Positions 1-10,643 are shown, counted from the stretch's first letter. The stretch is 64,000 bases of DNA from Flavobacteriales bacterium (GCA_025451235.1 JANWKT010000034.1:77014-141013); one strand, 5' to 3'. Notes: a model not told the origin generated them from the sequence alone. Translations and numbers: made by a program.

Positions 1-537
1 TTATATAAAACAACAAATCGGGGAGTCAACTGGACAAAGTTAACGGGTAGTACATTAGATAGAGTGACTTCGTGCACTTTCAATCCGAACAACGCTAATC
101 AGGTATATATAACAACCGAAGGCCAAGGCCTATGGATCAGCAGCGATATCAATTCCGGTACTCCTACTTTTAGCCAAGTCACCAGTTATCCGTTCCGCCA
201 ACCTGAAAGAGTTTTCTTCAATCCTTTTGATGCCAATGAAATTTGGATAACCAGTTTCGGTAACGGAATGAAAGTGGGTTATCTGGTGGGTTCAGGTATT
301 GCTGATTTTTCTGAACCCGATTTTAACATTTTCCCGAATCCTGTCAACCATTTGGTAAATATTCAATTGAATATAGAAGAAAATACTTGGGTGGACCTAT
401 TAGATATGAATGGAAAAAAAATGGCTATGTATTTATTAAAACCTGGTGTGAATTCTATCGACCTAACTACGTTGTCAAATGGAGTTTACATGATTGGGAG
501 CCATGGAAAGTATAAAAAGTTATTAATAGCTCATTAA
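1..537 (+). CDS. T9SS type A-sorted protein with BNR/Asp-box (beta-propeller-like) repeats, 5'-truncated by window edge
   Basis: Frame 1 is open from base 1 (LYKTTNRGVNWTKL..., Asp-box-like). The C-terminus 'IFPNPVNHLVNI...LSNGVYMI...KKLLIAH' matches the type A CTD pattern. Confidence 0.8.
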   Translation, partial: LYKTTNRGVNWTKLTGSTLDRVTSCTFNPNNANQVYITTEGQGLWISSDINSGTPTFSQVTSYPFRQPERVFFNPFDANEIWITSFGNGMKVGYLVGSGIADFSEPDFNIFPNPVNHLVNIQLNIEENTWVDLLDMNGKKMAMYLLKPGVNSIDLTTLSNGVYMIGSHGKYKKLLIAH

Positions 538-595
538 TTCCTGCTACAAAAACCAAGGTCTTTTATATACATTTACAGCATAACTTGTATCGTAT

Positions 596-2404
596 ATGAA
601 AAAAATCATCTTTCTCTTTCTATTAGCACCTATTTGCTATGATGGAAATGCACAATGTATATCACCAGCAAACCCCACTCAGGTAACCGCAACTCCAAAT
701 GTTGTTTGCTCTAATACAGGAGCAATCGTAAACCTGAATGCAACCTCACCTGGAAATACGATCCAATGGTATACGGTACCTTCAGGTGGAGTTTCCATTG
801 GCTCATCGGCCAGTGGTGCAAACTTTATCGCTAACCCATTATCAACCACTACTTATTATGCTGAGGCAGTAACTGTGGGTGGTTTAACAGCAGATACTTT
901 TTTTTATAGTGGATCTCCCCAATTTTATGTTGTCCCAGTGGGTATAGATTCCGTAGAAATTGATGCCTATGGTGCCCAGGGTGGTAACACTCAAGCTAAT
1001 ACCGGAGGGTTAGGTGGCAATGCCAAAGGTTGGTACACAGTTACACCCGGAGAAACCCTGTGGGTTTTTGTAGGAGGTAAGGGCCAAGACCATAATTTCA
1101 TGGGTGGTATTGATTATGAAGCCTTAGGCGGATGGAACGGTGGAGGTAAAGGTGGATATGATAATAGTGGACAGGTAGAAAATGGTGGAGGCGGAGGTGG
1201 TGCCTCTGATGTAAGACATATAGATACTACGTTTACCGGACGAAAAATTGTTGCCGGTGGTGGCGGTGGTAGTGCCGGTGGATTTTTCAGTCCAGCAAAT
1301 GGTGGATCCGGTGGCGGATTAATAGCCGGTGATGGCGGATTTACATATACTGCCTTGGGTGGTACAGGTGGAAACCAATCAGCAGGAGGAGTAGCCGCAA
1401 CACTTACCCGCGGAGCAACACACGGTGTATTTGGTATTGGCGGGAACGGAAGTACCAATCAAAATGCTTGGGGAAGTGGTGGTGCTGGTGGTGGCTATTA
1501 TGGTGGAGGTGGTGGAACATCCACCATGGATCATTCTTCAGGTCATGCTGCCGCAGGTGGTGGTGGTTCTTCTTATGTAGGTGGTGTCACCGGTGGTACA
1601 ACCACTGCAGGTGTAAGATCCGGTGATGGAATGGTGATCATTAACTATTTATCCAACTGTACAAGTTTAGGTCGTACTCCGGTAACTGTAACCATACATC
1701 CATTACCCAACGTGTCGGCAAACATTAGTCCTTCAAATAGTGTTTGCGAAGGAACCAATATTACCTTATCAGGTGGGGGTGCCAATTCTTATTCGTGGAC
1801 AGGTCCAACCAGTGTTACAGATAATGTTTCTTTCACAATAAGTTCATCCGGTCAAGGAATGTATTATGTAACCGGTACGGATGCCAATAGCTGCACGAAC
1901 ACGGATTCAGTTTTTGTTACTGTGAATCCAACACCTTCGATTGTTGCGACAGGAGATACCACTTTCTGCCAAGGCGGAAGTGCAACGCTGAGCGCCACCG
2001 GAGGCAATTCATATGTATGGAGCAATGGTGCAGGATCAGGAAGTACAGTAGTTGTGAGTCCCGGTATTCCTACTGATTATATAGTAACAGGAACAGATAC
2101 AACCACAGGATGTTTCTCTTATGATACTGTTTCAGTAGTGGTAGTGGATTGCAGTGGTATAGAAGATGAAGATCAACTGAATGTTTCTATCTATCCTAAT
2201 CCAACTTCAGGAATGATTCAGGTAAATACTCAACTGGAAATAACGATGGTAGAGATCATCAACATGCAGGGAAAAACCGTACAACGGATGATCATTCCTT
2301 CTTCCAATTTTCAGGTGAACCTGGAAAACTTCTCCAATGGAGTATATATTATTAGATTATATACGAACGAAGGCATTGTTCATCGATCGGTCATTAAACG
2401 ATAA
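596..2404 (+). CDS. Secreted glycine-rich-domain protein with Ig-like repeats and T9SS type A CTD
   Basis: Signal peptide; 'AYGAQGG...GGGGGGASDVR...VAGGGGG...GGGYYGGGGG...GGGGSSY' glycine-rich domain; 'TFCQGGSATLSATGGNSYVWS' Ig-like repeats; 'IYPNPTSG...NGVYII' CTD. Confidence 0.85.
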   Translation: MKKIIFLFLLAPICYDGNAQCISPANPTQVTATPNVVCSNTGAIVNLNATSPGNTIQWYTVPSGGVSIGSSASGANFIANPLSTTTYYAEAVTVGGLTADTFFYSGSPQFYVVPVGIDSVEIDAYGAQGGNTQANTGGLGGNAKGWYTVTPGETLWVFVGGKGQDHNFMGGIDYEALGGWNGGGKGGYDNSGQVENGGGGGGASDVRHIDTTFTGRKIVAGGGGGSAGGFFSPANGGSGGGLIAGDGGFTYTALGGTGGNQSAGGVAATLTRGATHGVFGIGGNGSTNQNAWGSGGAGGGYYGGGGGTSTMDHSSGHAAAGGGGSSYVGGVTGGTTTAGVRSGDGMVIINYLSNCTSLGRTPVTVTIHPLPNVSANISPSNSVCEGTNITLSGGGANSYSWTGPTSVTDNVSFTISSSGQGMYYVTGTDANSCTNTDSVFVTVNPTPSIVATGDTTFCQGGSATLSATGGNSYVWSNGAGSGSTVVVSPGIPTDYIVTGTDTTTGCFSYDTVSVVVVDCSGIEDEDQLNVSIYPNPTSGMIQVNTQLEITMVEIINMQGKTVQRMIIPSSNFQVNLENFSNGVYIIRLYTNEGIVHRSVIKR

Positions 2405-2407
2405 AAT

Positions 2408-2437
2408 AAAAAAGGGACCTGTGAGGTCCCTTTTTTT
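2408..2437. terminator. Bidirectional intrinsic terminator between convergent genes
   Basis: aaaaaa-GGGACCT-gtg-AGGTCCC-ttttttt perfect stem flanked by A and T tracts. Confidence 0.9.
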
Positions 2438-4352
2438 ATATTTTATTTTTCTTGATCTCTTCCACTATTCCAGGATCCAGTAAGGTGGTCGTATCACCAA
2501 TATGATGGAGTTCCCCTTCGGCTATCTTTCGAAGGATACGGCGCATGATCTTTCCACTGCGTGTTTTGGGTAGTCCATTCACCAACTGTATCTTATCCGG
2601 CTTTGCGATCGGCCCGATGACCTTTGCAACCGTAGCTGCTATATTGGCTTTGGTGGCATCTTCGTTAATGGAATGTTCTTCATTGTATACCACAAAGGCA
2701 TAAATACCTTGCCCTTTGATATCGTGTGGATAACCCACCACGGCGCTTTCCACTACCCCGGCATGCATATTAATCGCATTTTCCACTTCAGCAGTTCCAA
2801 TTCGATGCCCACTTATATTGAGTACATCATCCACCCTACCCGTAATTCTATAAAAACCATTCTCATCACGAAATGCTCCATCACCCGTAAAATAAAGATC
2901 AGGATAAGCAGAAAAATAATTCAGGCGACATCGTTCATGATCGCCATAAGTAGTTCGTAAAATAGAAGGCCAGGGGAAACGGATGCATAAATTTCCATTT
3001 ACATTGTTTTCTTCAATCAGCTTTCCCTGGTCATCCACCAAAACGGGTTGTACTCCCGGCATGGGCAAGGTGGCGTAGGAGGGTTTGGAAGGAGTAATAC
3101 CTGCCAGGTTCGAAATAAGTATTCCACCCGTTTCGGTTTGCCACCAGGTATCTACGATCGGGCATTTTTCCTTCCCAATATTTTTATCATACCAATGCCA
3201 GGCTTCTTCATTGATCGGCTCTCCTACAGTTCCTAATACTTTTAAAGAAGAAAGATCCTTATTTTCCAAAGGGCCCAAACCCAGCTGCATGAGACTACGA
3301 ATAGCTGTAGGAGCTGTATATAAAATATTTACTTGGTACTTATCTACAATATCCCAGAATCTTCCGGCATCCGGCCATGTAGGAATTCCTTCAAACATCA
3401 AGGAGGTGGCCCCTGCACAAAGGGGTGCATATACAATATAGCTATGCCCGGTTACCCAACCAATGTCGGCTGTACAAAAATGAATATCACCTGGTAAGTA
3501 TTGGAATACATTTACAAATGTATACGTAGTATAGATCATATAACCTGCACAACTATGCACTACACCTTTTGGCTTCCCGGTAGAACCGGAGGTGTATAAA
3601 ATGAACAAAGGATCTTCAGCTTGCATGGGTTCCGCTTCGTAGTTGATGGTACCGGATCTTTTTACTTCCAGCATTTCTTGCTCCAGAAAATAATCCCTGT
3701 TCTTTATCATCGAAACGGGAACTTTTGTTCGGATGAGTGTAAATACTTTTTTAATCGTTTTGCAATCCTCCACAGCCTCATCCACTAATGATTTAAGAGG
3801 AATATCTTTGGCCCCGCGATACGCTCCATCACAAGTGATCACTGCGGTGGCTCCTGCATCCTGGATACGATCGGCAATGCTTTGGGCACTAAAGCCTCCA
3901 AAAATAACTGAATGAATAGCTCCAATTCTTGCACAAGCCAAAACAGCAAACGCCAATTCAGGTACCATGCCCATATAAATACAAACCCGGTCGCCTTTTT
4001 TTATACCATGGTTCCTAAAAACTGTGGCCATGGTGCATACTTCTTCATGCAATTCCTGATAGGTAATGGTTCTACTCTTTTCTGTTGGATCATTGGGTTC
4101 CCAAATAATGGCAGGCTGATCGGCTTTATCTGCCAAATGTCGATCAATGCAATTTTCTGTAATATTCAATACACCACCATCAAACCAATTCACCATTGGA
4201 TCTTTGAAATTCCAGTTCAATACTTTTTGAGGAGGTGATTTCCATAAAAAAAAAGAAGCTATTTCAGTCCAGAATTCTTCAGGATCATCGATACTTCTTC
4301 GATATGCACTGGAATATTCTTCTAACGAACGTATTTGAAAGGGATATGACAT
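2436..4352 (-). CDS. acs: Acetyl-CoA synthetase (acetate--CoA ligase)
   Basis: YTSGSTGKPKG AMP-binding motif, DTWWQTETGG, LPKTRSGKIMRR. Confidence 0.97.
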   Translation of the reverse strand: MSYPFQIRSLEEYSSAYRRSIDDPEEFWTEIASFFLWKSPPQKVLNWNFKDPMVNWFDGGVLNITENCIDRHLADKADQPAIIWEPNDPTEKSRTITYQELHEEVCTMATVFRNHGIKKGDRVCIYMGMVPELAFAVLACARIGAIHSVIFGGFSAQSIADRIQDAGATAVITCDGAYRGAKDIPLKSLVDEAVEDCKTIKKVFTLIRTKVPVSMIKNRDYFLEQEMLEVKRSGTINYEAEPMQAEDPLFILYTSGSTGKPKGVVHSCAGYMIYTTYTFVNVFQYLPGDIHFCTADIGWVTGHSYIVYAPLCAGATSLMFEGIPTWPDAGRFWDIVDKYQVNILYTAPTAIRSLMQLGLGPLENKDLSSLKVLGTVGEPINEEAWHWYDKNIGKEKCPIVDTWWQTETGGILISNLAGITPSKPSYATLPMPGVQPVLVDDQGKLIEENNVNGNLCIRFPWPSILRTTYGDHERCRLNYFSAYPDLYFTGDGAFRDENGFYRITGRVDDVLNISGHRIGTAEVENAINMHAGVVESAVVGYPHDIKGQGIYAFVVYNEEHSINEDATKANIAATVAKVIGPIAKPDKIQLVNGLPKTRSGKIMRRILRKIAEGELHHIGDTTTLLDPGIVEEIKKNKI

Positions 4353-4445
4353 TTTAGATCATTAAAGTATAAATTTATAAAATATTCGCTTGGTATAGCG
4401 GGGGGATCCCACTTTCGCGAAAATCCCACGCACGAAGATCTGAAG

Positions 4446-4475
4446 AAAAAAAAGGCGTTACAAAAATGTAACGCC
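4446..4475 (-). terminator. Intrinsic terminator downstream of DUF5606-like gene
   Basis: GGCGTTACA-aaaa-TGTAACGCC stem preceded by A8 (U-tract on the minus strand). Confidence 0.85.
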
Positions 4476-4500
4476 TCCTTAAGTATGATGATCAAAAATC

Positions 4501-5121
4501 CTAGCTACCTCCTGATTTTCTCACTGTCTGTACTTTTTTAACCGGTGCATTTTTTACAGCAGGAGCCGTTTTATTGGTCTTTGCAGTTACCGTTTTCTTT
4601 TTAACTGTTTCCGTTTTTTCTTTTTTAGGTGCGGTTTTCTTTTCACCACCATCTTCTGCTACTTTCTTGTCACCCTGGCTATTTGTCGAAGAATCTTCAC
4701 CCTCCTCTTTGGTCTCTTCATCTTTTTTCTTCAATTCTTCCGGATCAAGGTGATTTCCTTTTATCAATTGGTTATACCATTTCAATAATTTCTTAATATC
4801 AGAAGTATATACTTTTTCTTTGTCATAGTCGGGTTGAATGGCTTCAAAATAAGCTTTGATATCCGCATCTTTGCCTTTCGCGGTTGCACATTCTGCACCC
4901 GCTTCTTTTTCATAGATCTTTAAAAAAACTTCTTTTAAAGAAACTTCTCCATCATTTGTATAAATGCTGATGTCTGATAATGTGCTTACATTATACGATT
5001 GGTAAACAGGCATTCTTTTGCCATCTTCCAAAGATTCGGCGATCAAACCAAAATTGGTTTTGCTTACAATTTTAAAGAGGGAACCATATCCACTCACCGA
5101 AATTAACTTATCAAATTCCAT
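4501..5121 (-). CDS. DUF5606-like conserved Bacteroidota protein with Lys-rich disordered tail
   Basis: N-terminal 'LISVSG..LFK......LIAESL..GKR....VSTLSDISIYT' and 'PDYD..VY.SDIKKL.KWYN' pattern. Confidence 0.75.
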   Translation of the reverse strand: MEFDKLISVSGYGSLFKIVSKTNFGLIAESLEDGKRMPVYQSYNVSTLSDISIYTNDGEVSLKEVFLKIYEKEAGAECATAKGKDADIKAYFEAIQPDYDKEKVYTSDIKKLLKWYNQLIKGNHLDPEELKKKDEETKEEGEDSSTNSQGDKKVAEDGGEKKTAPKKEKTETVKKKTVTAKTNKTAPAVKNAPVKKVQTVRKSGGS

Positions 5122-5333
5122 GTACCATTAATTTATAACAAATGTAGTAAAAAAGGTGATTCATGTATCTGGTATTTTGGGGCCTTTTGGCCGTACTTCG
5201 CTGTACTCCTCCCCCAATACATTAACCTACACTAATGTTCAAACGCTGCTCCTCTGTCGCAGGTTTTCTCATAAGTGTATGTAAATGGTTAGGGTCCGGG
5301 GTGCCGCTGCGCCCGGCAGGCCGAAAATCGTTA

Positions 5334-8192
5334 TTAATTACCAACGCGGAGCTTATAGGGTGGGTTCACGTCCAAACGTCCGCCGCAACGTATTTCTATA
5401 TTTTTAACCAACCCATCAGCGGTGGAGATCAATGGAGAGAATCCACTGCCAGGGCTGGTGTCCGGAACAATCACATGATCAGCAAAGTCCGGCACCGAAT
5501 TTTGGGTCCAGTTAGCAGGATCATGCCAGTTATTATTTCCACCATTTCCAGTCCAAATGTTAAAGGTGGTATTGTATTTTGTTTCTGCTGTAATAGCTTG
5601 CGCCTGAATATCAGCCAATGAATTTCCAATCAATAAAGCAAAATGCAAAACAGCACATCCATTGGCAGTAAGTGAATCAAATTTTACTCCAATATATTGT
5701 GCTACATCTGTTATACCCGAAATATTAGATGGAACCGAGGGGTTCATCATATTATGTTTTTCGGTAGACGTAAACCCATCGTACACGTTTTGGGTCCCTC
5801 CACTGCCATCTGTATTGTTGGCATAATATTTTACTTGCCCAAAGGGCGATAAAACCTTTACACCAACAAAATGCCGGGGCGAAGGATTTTGTACAATGGC
5901 AGTTTGAGAAGTTGTATCATAAAATGCCTGGTTAAACCATACATTCCATAACAATGAATCCGGCATATCGAAATCAGAAAACAAACCGGCGTACCAATCA
6001 GACAGTGGAGATCCGGTATTATTCTGGAACTGATACTCAACGATCAGGAACTGATCGTTGATAGAATCCGTCCAGGCATATAATTTTTGTTTTACGTTTA
6101 CTCCTACTGCATTTGCACCTGCCCCATTGTCATCGTATTGTGAGATCACTTCAAGATCCGCTACCTGAGAAGAATGATTCACGATAATATTTTGCATCGC
6201 CAACATGTCTGCATCATTCGGCCAATTGCAACAAGGACCAAGGGGTGGCTGGCTTAAAGTCTGGTCACTCACCGCTGTACTTGTTTTTGAAAGAAATAAT
6301 CCCATCGGGTTCCAGTAAATTCCCAATAGATTATTTTCCTTTCCTTCCATTCTATAACCTATTCCTTTTAATGTTCTATCGTCGGCGAATCCAATACGAC
6401 CGGTAGTGGTTACTGTAGTTTGCAATTTATTTACCTCAACATTATAATAATTCCTATTTACAATAAAAGAAAAATATTGGGTATTCAACGTATCTGCCCC
6501 ATCGTAATAAACCACTTTCATGAGTACATTTTGGTTGAGGGGACAACCTGGCAATGTTAAAAACTTAAAGGGTTGAGAAGAGATATCATTAAAGTTCATT
6601 GTATTGATAGTTCCCAGGTTGGCTGAAGAATCCAACCACTGTACAAAAGGTGAATTATCACTGATGATCGCTACCAATGCAGCGGTGGAAGTGTCTAAGA
6701 GATTCAACATATTACCTGCTATCTCCACTGTATCGCCAATCATGATCACATCATCATTGTTATCCGTAAAAGTTCTTGAGGTAAAATATAAATAGGGTTC
6801 AAATGGATTGATGAGAGCTGCATACATATCCAATCTCCCCGAACCTTGTTTATTCAAATAGGGAGCATTGCCAGGGATCGTATCGATCCTATGGGCTGAT
6901 TGGCGGAGGATGGCCCCGATCTGGATCGGTTGTAAAGTAGAATAATAATTTTGAACCAACCCGGCCGTACCTGAAGTGAGTGCACTTGCATCACTGGTAC
7001 CATTTCCAGTACCATAACCACCTGGTCCCGGTGAATATACTTCTATCATTCCCTGCCCAGGAGAAACAATATCCACTTGCTCGTAGTAAGAAGAGTTACC
7101 GCTTTTGGTATCATTTTGTTGAGTACCACCTACGGCAATCACCGCTTCGTACGAAGCGGGGTAAAATGGAATCGTATTGTTTGAATTTCCTGCAGCCGCA
7201 AAGATCTGGCAGCCTTGGTTAACACTTACATAATTCACCACATCCTGCTCATAGGGTCCGGGAGTCTGACCTCCCCAAGATGCATTGATAATTTTAGCTC
7301 CATGATCGGCTGCATAAACCAGTCCTTCATAGCCGGCAACATATCCATACGAACTATGCACCATCTTTATGGGCATATAGCTACATTTATAACCCGCTCC
7401 GGCAATACCTGTATAATTATTGGTAGAACCTGCAGCCAAACTACTCATGGCAGTACCATGTGCACTATTAAAACCACCAATATATTGAGGATAATTATCA
7501 CCATCACCTACGTCCCATCCACGGAAATTATCTATAAAACCATCATTGTCCTCATCCCCCAATCCAACTGAATCTGTATAATCATAATAGATATTAGCCA
7601 TCAGGTCTGGATGAAAAAAGTCCGTACCTCCATCCACAATTCCTATAATGGTGCTATAGCTCCCGGTATCCAGGTTCCAGGCAAGGTCGGCCCTGATCTT
7701 CGTTAGGTACCATTGATTGGAAAACGAAGTATCGTTAGGAACCCACATGGGTGATACGATCATTCTGGGCTGGGCATATTCTACATATCGTAGCCCGTTC
7801 AATTCTGTAATGAGTTTTCTAACATCCAGGCTGCCTGAATAGGTAATGTTGTAGACCAGAGAAAGGTCCGATAATTTTCTTCCAAACTGATCAAATTCTT
7901 TCACCCTGGCTTTGTGCATGGGGTAAAGCTTTTTGATCTCAGTGGCTTTCACATAATTAAAGACCTGTATCAGTTCCGGAATATCAATGGTGGTTGAATT
8001 ACACAGGTCTCTGTATTCCGGTTTGATCTTAACAATTACCTGGTTCGATAAACAATCCGTTCCGGGCTGTACACCACTATAATCATAATAGGTAGTACTG
8101 AAGTTGTCTGGAAATGAATAATCAGGATTTTGCGCAAAAGAATTAGCTGCGAAAAAAAACAGGCCTATACAAGCAATTTTCTTTATAAACAT
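5334..8192 (-). CDS. Secreted S8 (subtilisin-like) serine peptidase
   Basis: Signal peptide; triad motifs IVDGG / HGTAMS / GTSDAS; oxyanion AAGNS; IINASWG. Confidence 0.88.
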   Translation of the reverse strand: MFIKKIACIGLFFFAANSFAQNPDYSFPDNFSTTYYDYSGVQPGTDCLSNQVIVKIKPEYRDLCNSTTIDIPELIQVFNYVKATEIKKLYPMHKARVKEFDQFGRKLSDLSLVYNITYSGSLDVRKLITELNGLRYVEYAQPRMIVSPMWVPNDTSFSNQWYLTKIRADLAWNLDTGSYSTIIGIVDGGTDFFHPDLMANIYYDYTDSVGLGDEDNDGFIDNFRGWDVGDGDNYPQYIGGFNSAHGTAMSSLAAGSTNNYTGIAGAGYKCSYMPIKMVHSSYGYVAGYEGLVYAADHGAKIINASWGGQTPGPYEQDVVNYVSVNQGCQIFAAAGNSNNTIPFYPASYEAVIAVGGTQQNDTKSGNSSYYEQVDIVSPGQGMIEVYSPGPGGYGTGNGTSDASALTSGTAGLVQNYYSTLQPIQIGAILRQSAHRIDTIPGNAPYLNKQGSGRLDMYAALINPFEPYLYFTSRTFTDNNDDVIMIGDTVEIAGNMLNLLDTSTAALVAIISDNSPFVQWLDSSANLGTINTMNFNDISSQPFKFLTLPGCPLNQNVLMKVVYYDGADTLNTQYFSFIVNRNYYNVEVNKLQTTVTTTGRIGFADDRTLKGIGYRMEGKENNLLGIYWNPMGLFLSKTSTAVSDQTLSQPPLGPCCNWPNDADMLAMQNIIVNHSSQVADLEVISQYDDNGAGANAVGVNVKQKLYAWTDSINDQFLIVEYQFQNNTGSPLSDWYAGLFSDFDMPDSLLWNVWFNQAFYDTTSQTAIVQNPSPRHFVGVKVLSPFGQVKYYANNTDGSGGTQNVYDGFTSTEKHNMMNPSVPSNISGITDVAQYIGVKFDSLTANGCAVLHFALLIGNSLADIQAQAITAETKYNTTFNIWTGNGGNNNWHDPANWTQNSVPDFADHVIVPDTSPGSGFSPLISTADGLVKNIEIRCGGRLDVNPPYKLRVGN

Positions 8193-8288
8193 TGGGACCA
8201 GAATCTTTTATTTACCCAAAGAGCCTTTGGGCAATTCTTACCCTAATATACAAAAAATACGTCAAATACAAATTAAGGGAGGGTAATC

Positions 8289-10643
8289 TTACCACTCAAA
8301 TGATACCCCAAAATTGTACATAATAGGCAACTGGTATATCTTCTGGAAGGTTACCCTGTCCAGATAGAAAATATTTCTGCGGTTATACAGATTACTTCCA
8401 CCCACATTTACCTCCATTTTACCTACTTGTTTATTTTTCTTATTCTTGAAGGTAAAGGATTTCTTGAAATTTATATCCAATCGATGGTACCACGGAAGCT
8501 GACCTGTATTAGGTCCGGCATATTCTATGGCAACTGTTCCGTTGTTGGTGGTATAATCTGTATTGATCCCATCCGAAAAATCAAGAAACTCGTAAAAACC
8601 CTGGGTCTGCGTAAAAGGAAAACCAGATCCAAGGTTCCATCTTACACTTACTTCCCAATCCTGGTTCTTTCCCCATACATAATTCCCAACCATGTTAATG
8701 TTATGTTGACGGGCAAAATGAGGAGTATAGGTGTTTATTTCATCCGTTCTTTCTGTTTTCAGGAATGAATATACCAACCATAAATAAAAATTATGGTTTT
8801 TAACTTTGTATTCAAATTTTACGGTTGCATCCAATCCTGCCGCATAGCCATATTCAACGATTACGTCGCTAACCAGGTAATCAGGGGTGCCTGCAGGTTG
8901 CGAACCTTCGTTATATTGCTTGTTACGGTTTACGTTCAATAGCTGGCTAAAGTTCATAAAATAACCTTCAACATTTATATCAACATACTTGCCAATGTCG
9001 AATTCCATTCCGAAGATCCCATGCTGAGATTTTGACAAACGACTGGTTACTTTATTTCCTCTATAAGTATCTGGTAAATTTTCGACCCCGCTTAAGAACC
9101 CATAAAATAAGTTCACCACATCTCTGTCTGAATTAGCAGCTACCAGGTTTTGAGAATACATACCACCGGCCAGTTTTAATCTCCACCAATCTCTTAAGTT
9201 GTATTTAACCGAAAGTCTTGGTTCCGGACTTACTTCACCTATGGATGCATAATAATGTAACCGGAAACTGGGTTCAAATACAAAACCCCATTTATTGATC
9301 TTACCTCTTGCAAAAGCAGCAATTTCAGTGGTGCTGTTATCATTGGTAATTCGAACACTATATGGATTGTCATAATTTAAATTGGTAAAAGCTCCTGAAG
9401 CTTCCAATCCATAGGTAACCCTGTTGTTGCCATAGAACTGGTGAAAATTCAGGTTAAAATTAAATCCATTCACCGTACTTTCTCTTACCAGGTCTTGTTC
9501 GTTTTCCTCCACCATTTTAATATTGTAATTGCTATAAGCAAATACTCCATCAATCCTTACGTTGGCATTTCCAGGTACTACAATAAAATTCAAACCACCT
9601 CCGGCAGAATTCCAGTTCAAGTTCGTGATGCTATTGAAATTTACATAATCATTATGGCTAAAACCGAAAATATTGATCTTGCTTCCACCATCTCCTGCAT
9701 TCACCGAAATTTTACCATAGATATCCCAGAAATTATAAGGTAAACCAACGGTTACCGAATTATTGGCAGAAGAGTTAGCATATGGATAAAATATACGAGA
9801 TGAATATTCAAGGAATGATCCCCTTGCATTCAACAGAAAAGAAGCACTACTCCCTCCGGTATCTTTTAATTTTTTGATAGGTCCTTCCAAAATTAACTTG
9901 GTAGAAATAGGAGTACCTCCAATCTTTCCTGAAAATTTTCTGCGATTGCCATCTCTCATTTGAATATCCATGATAGAAGAAATCCTTCCACCATATTGGG
10001 CCCCAAATCCTCCGGTATATACATCTGCATTCCGGATAAGGTCTGAATCAAAAACCGATAAAATACCAATGGAGTGAAAAGGATTATAAATAACTGCTCC
10101 ATCCATGATCACTTTATTTTGGATAGGGGGTCCTCCTCGTATGTATAACTGACCTCCCTGGTCACCCGTCATGGTTACTCCAGGTAAAACCACCAATGCT
10201 CCAATCAAATCCTGCTCCCCCATCCCGGCTGGAACTCTTTTGATATCTATCTGTCCAATGCTGATCGTAGAAACAATCGCATCCGTTCTTTTCCAGGTAT
10301 CTTTTACGATATATTCATTTATTTCCACAGGCGCATCGGCCAAACGGATCACACCCATGTTCACGGGTTTATCCACTTCTATTTTCACGGTATCCACAAA
10401 CTTTTGATGGCCTTGCAGGGTGATCTCAATTACATATTGCCCTATAGGCACACCTGCAAATCCAAATGATCCTTCATGGTCAGCGGGTGCTCCATCGAAA
10501 TAACCATTTCCGGTAATTTTTACGGTGGCATAAGCAGCAGGGTCTCCCCCCTTATCCAAAACGGTTCCTTTAACAAAACCTTTCTGAGCAAAAATAAGAG
10601 TGGGTAGGACAAAAAAGAGAATAGAGAGATAGTTCTTAAGCAT
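8289..10643 (-). CDS. TonB-dependent receptor with N-terminal carboxypeptidase-regulatory-like domain
   Basis: Signal peptide from MLKNY (start moved to 10643); plug 'LYIRGG...QN.V..DG..IYNPFH', 'GGF.AQYGGR.SS'; terminal aromatic 'GVSFEW'. Confidence 0.92.
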   Translation of the reverse strand: MLKNYLSILFFVLPTLIFAQKGFVKGTVLDKGGDPAAYATVKITGNGYFDGAPADHEGSFGFAGVPIGQYVIEITLQGHQKFVDTVKIEVDKPVNMGVIRLADAPVEINEYIVKDTWKRTDAIVSTISIGQIDIKRVPAGMGEQDLIGALVVLPGVTMTGDQGGQLYIRGGPPIQNKVIMDGAVIYNPFHSIGILSVFDSDLIRNADVYTGGFGAQYGGRISSIMDIQMRDGNRRKFSGKIGGTPISTKLILEGPIKKLKDTGGSSASFLLNARGSFLEYSSRIFYPYANSSANNSVTVGLPYNFWDIYGKISVNAGDGGSKINIFGFSHNDYVNFNSITNLNWNSAGGGLNFIVVPGNANVRIDGVFAYSNYNIKMVEENEQDLVRESTVNGFNFNLNFHQFYGNNRVTYGLEASGAFTNLNYDNPYSVRITNDNSTTEIAAFARGKINKWGFVFEPSFRLHYYASIGEVSPEPRLSVKYNLRDWWRLKLAGGMYSQNLVAANSDRDVVNLFYGFLSGVENLPDTYRGNKVTSRLSKSQHGIFGMEFDIGKYVDINVEGYFMNFSQLLNVNRNKQYNEGSQPAGTPDYLVSDVIVEYGYAAGLDATVKFEYKVKNHNFYLWLVYSFLKTERTDEINTYTPHFARQHNINMVGNYVWGKNQDWEVSVRWNLGSGFPFTQTQGFYEFLDFSDGINTDYTTNNGTVAIEYAGPNTGQLPWYHRLDINFKKSFTFKNKKNKQVGKMEVNVGGSNLYNRRNIFYLDRVTFQKIYQLPIMYNFGVSFEW

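Noticed and set aside
1114-1458. Proline-rich minus-strand ORF, and the many similar antisense ORFs in the track
   Set aside because: These are shadows of real genes (here GGN glycine codons read as CCN); they have no independent motifs.
5222-5295. attC-like TAAC...GTTA hairpin, or 6S RNA
   Set aside because: The ends fail the RYYYAAC/GTTRRRY consensus on both strands, and I see no 6S sequence hallmarks; kept only as an unassigned hairpin.
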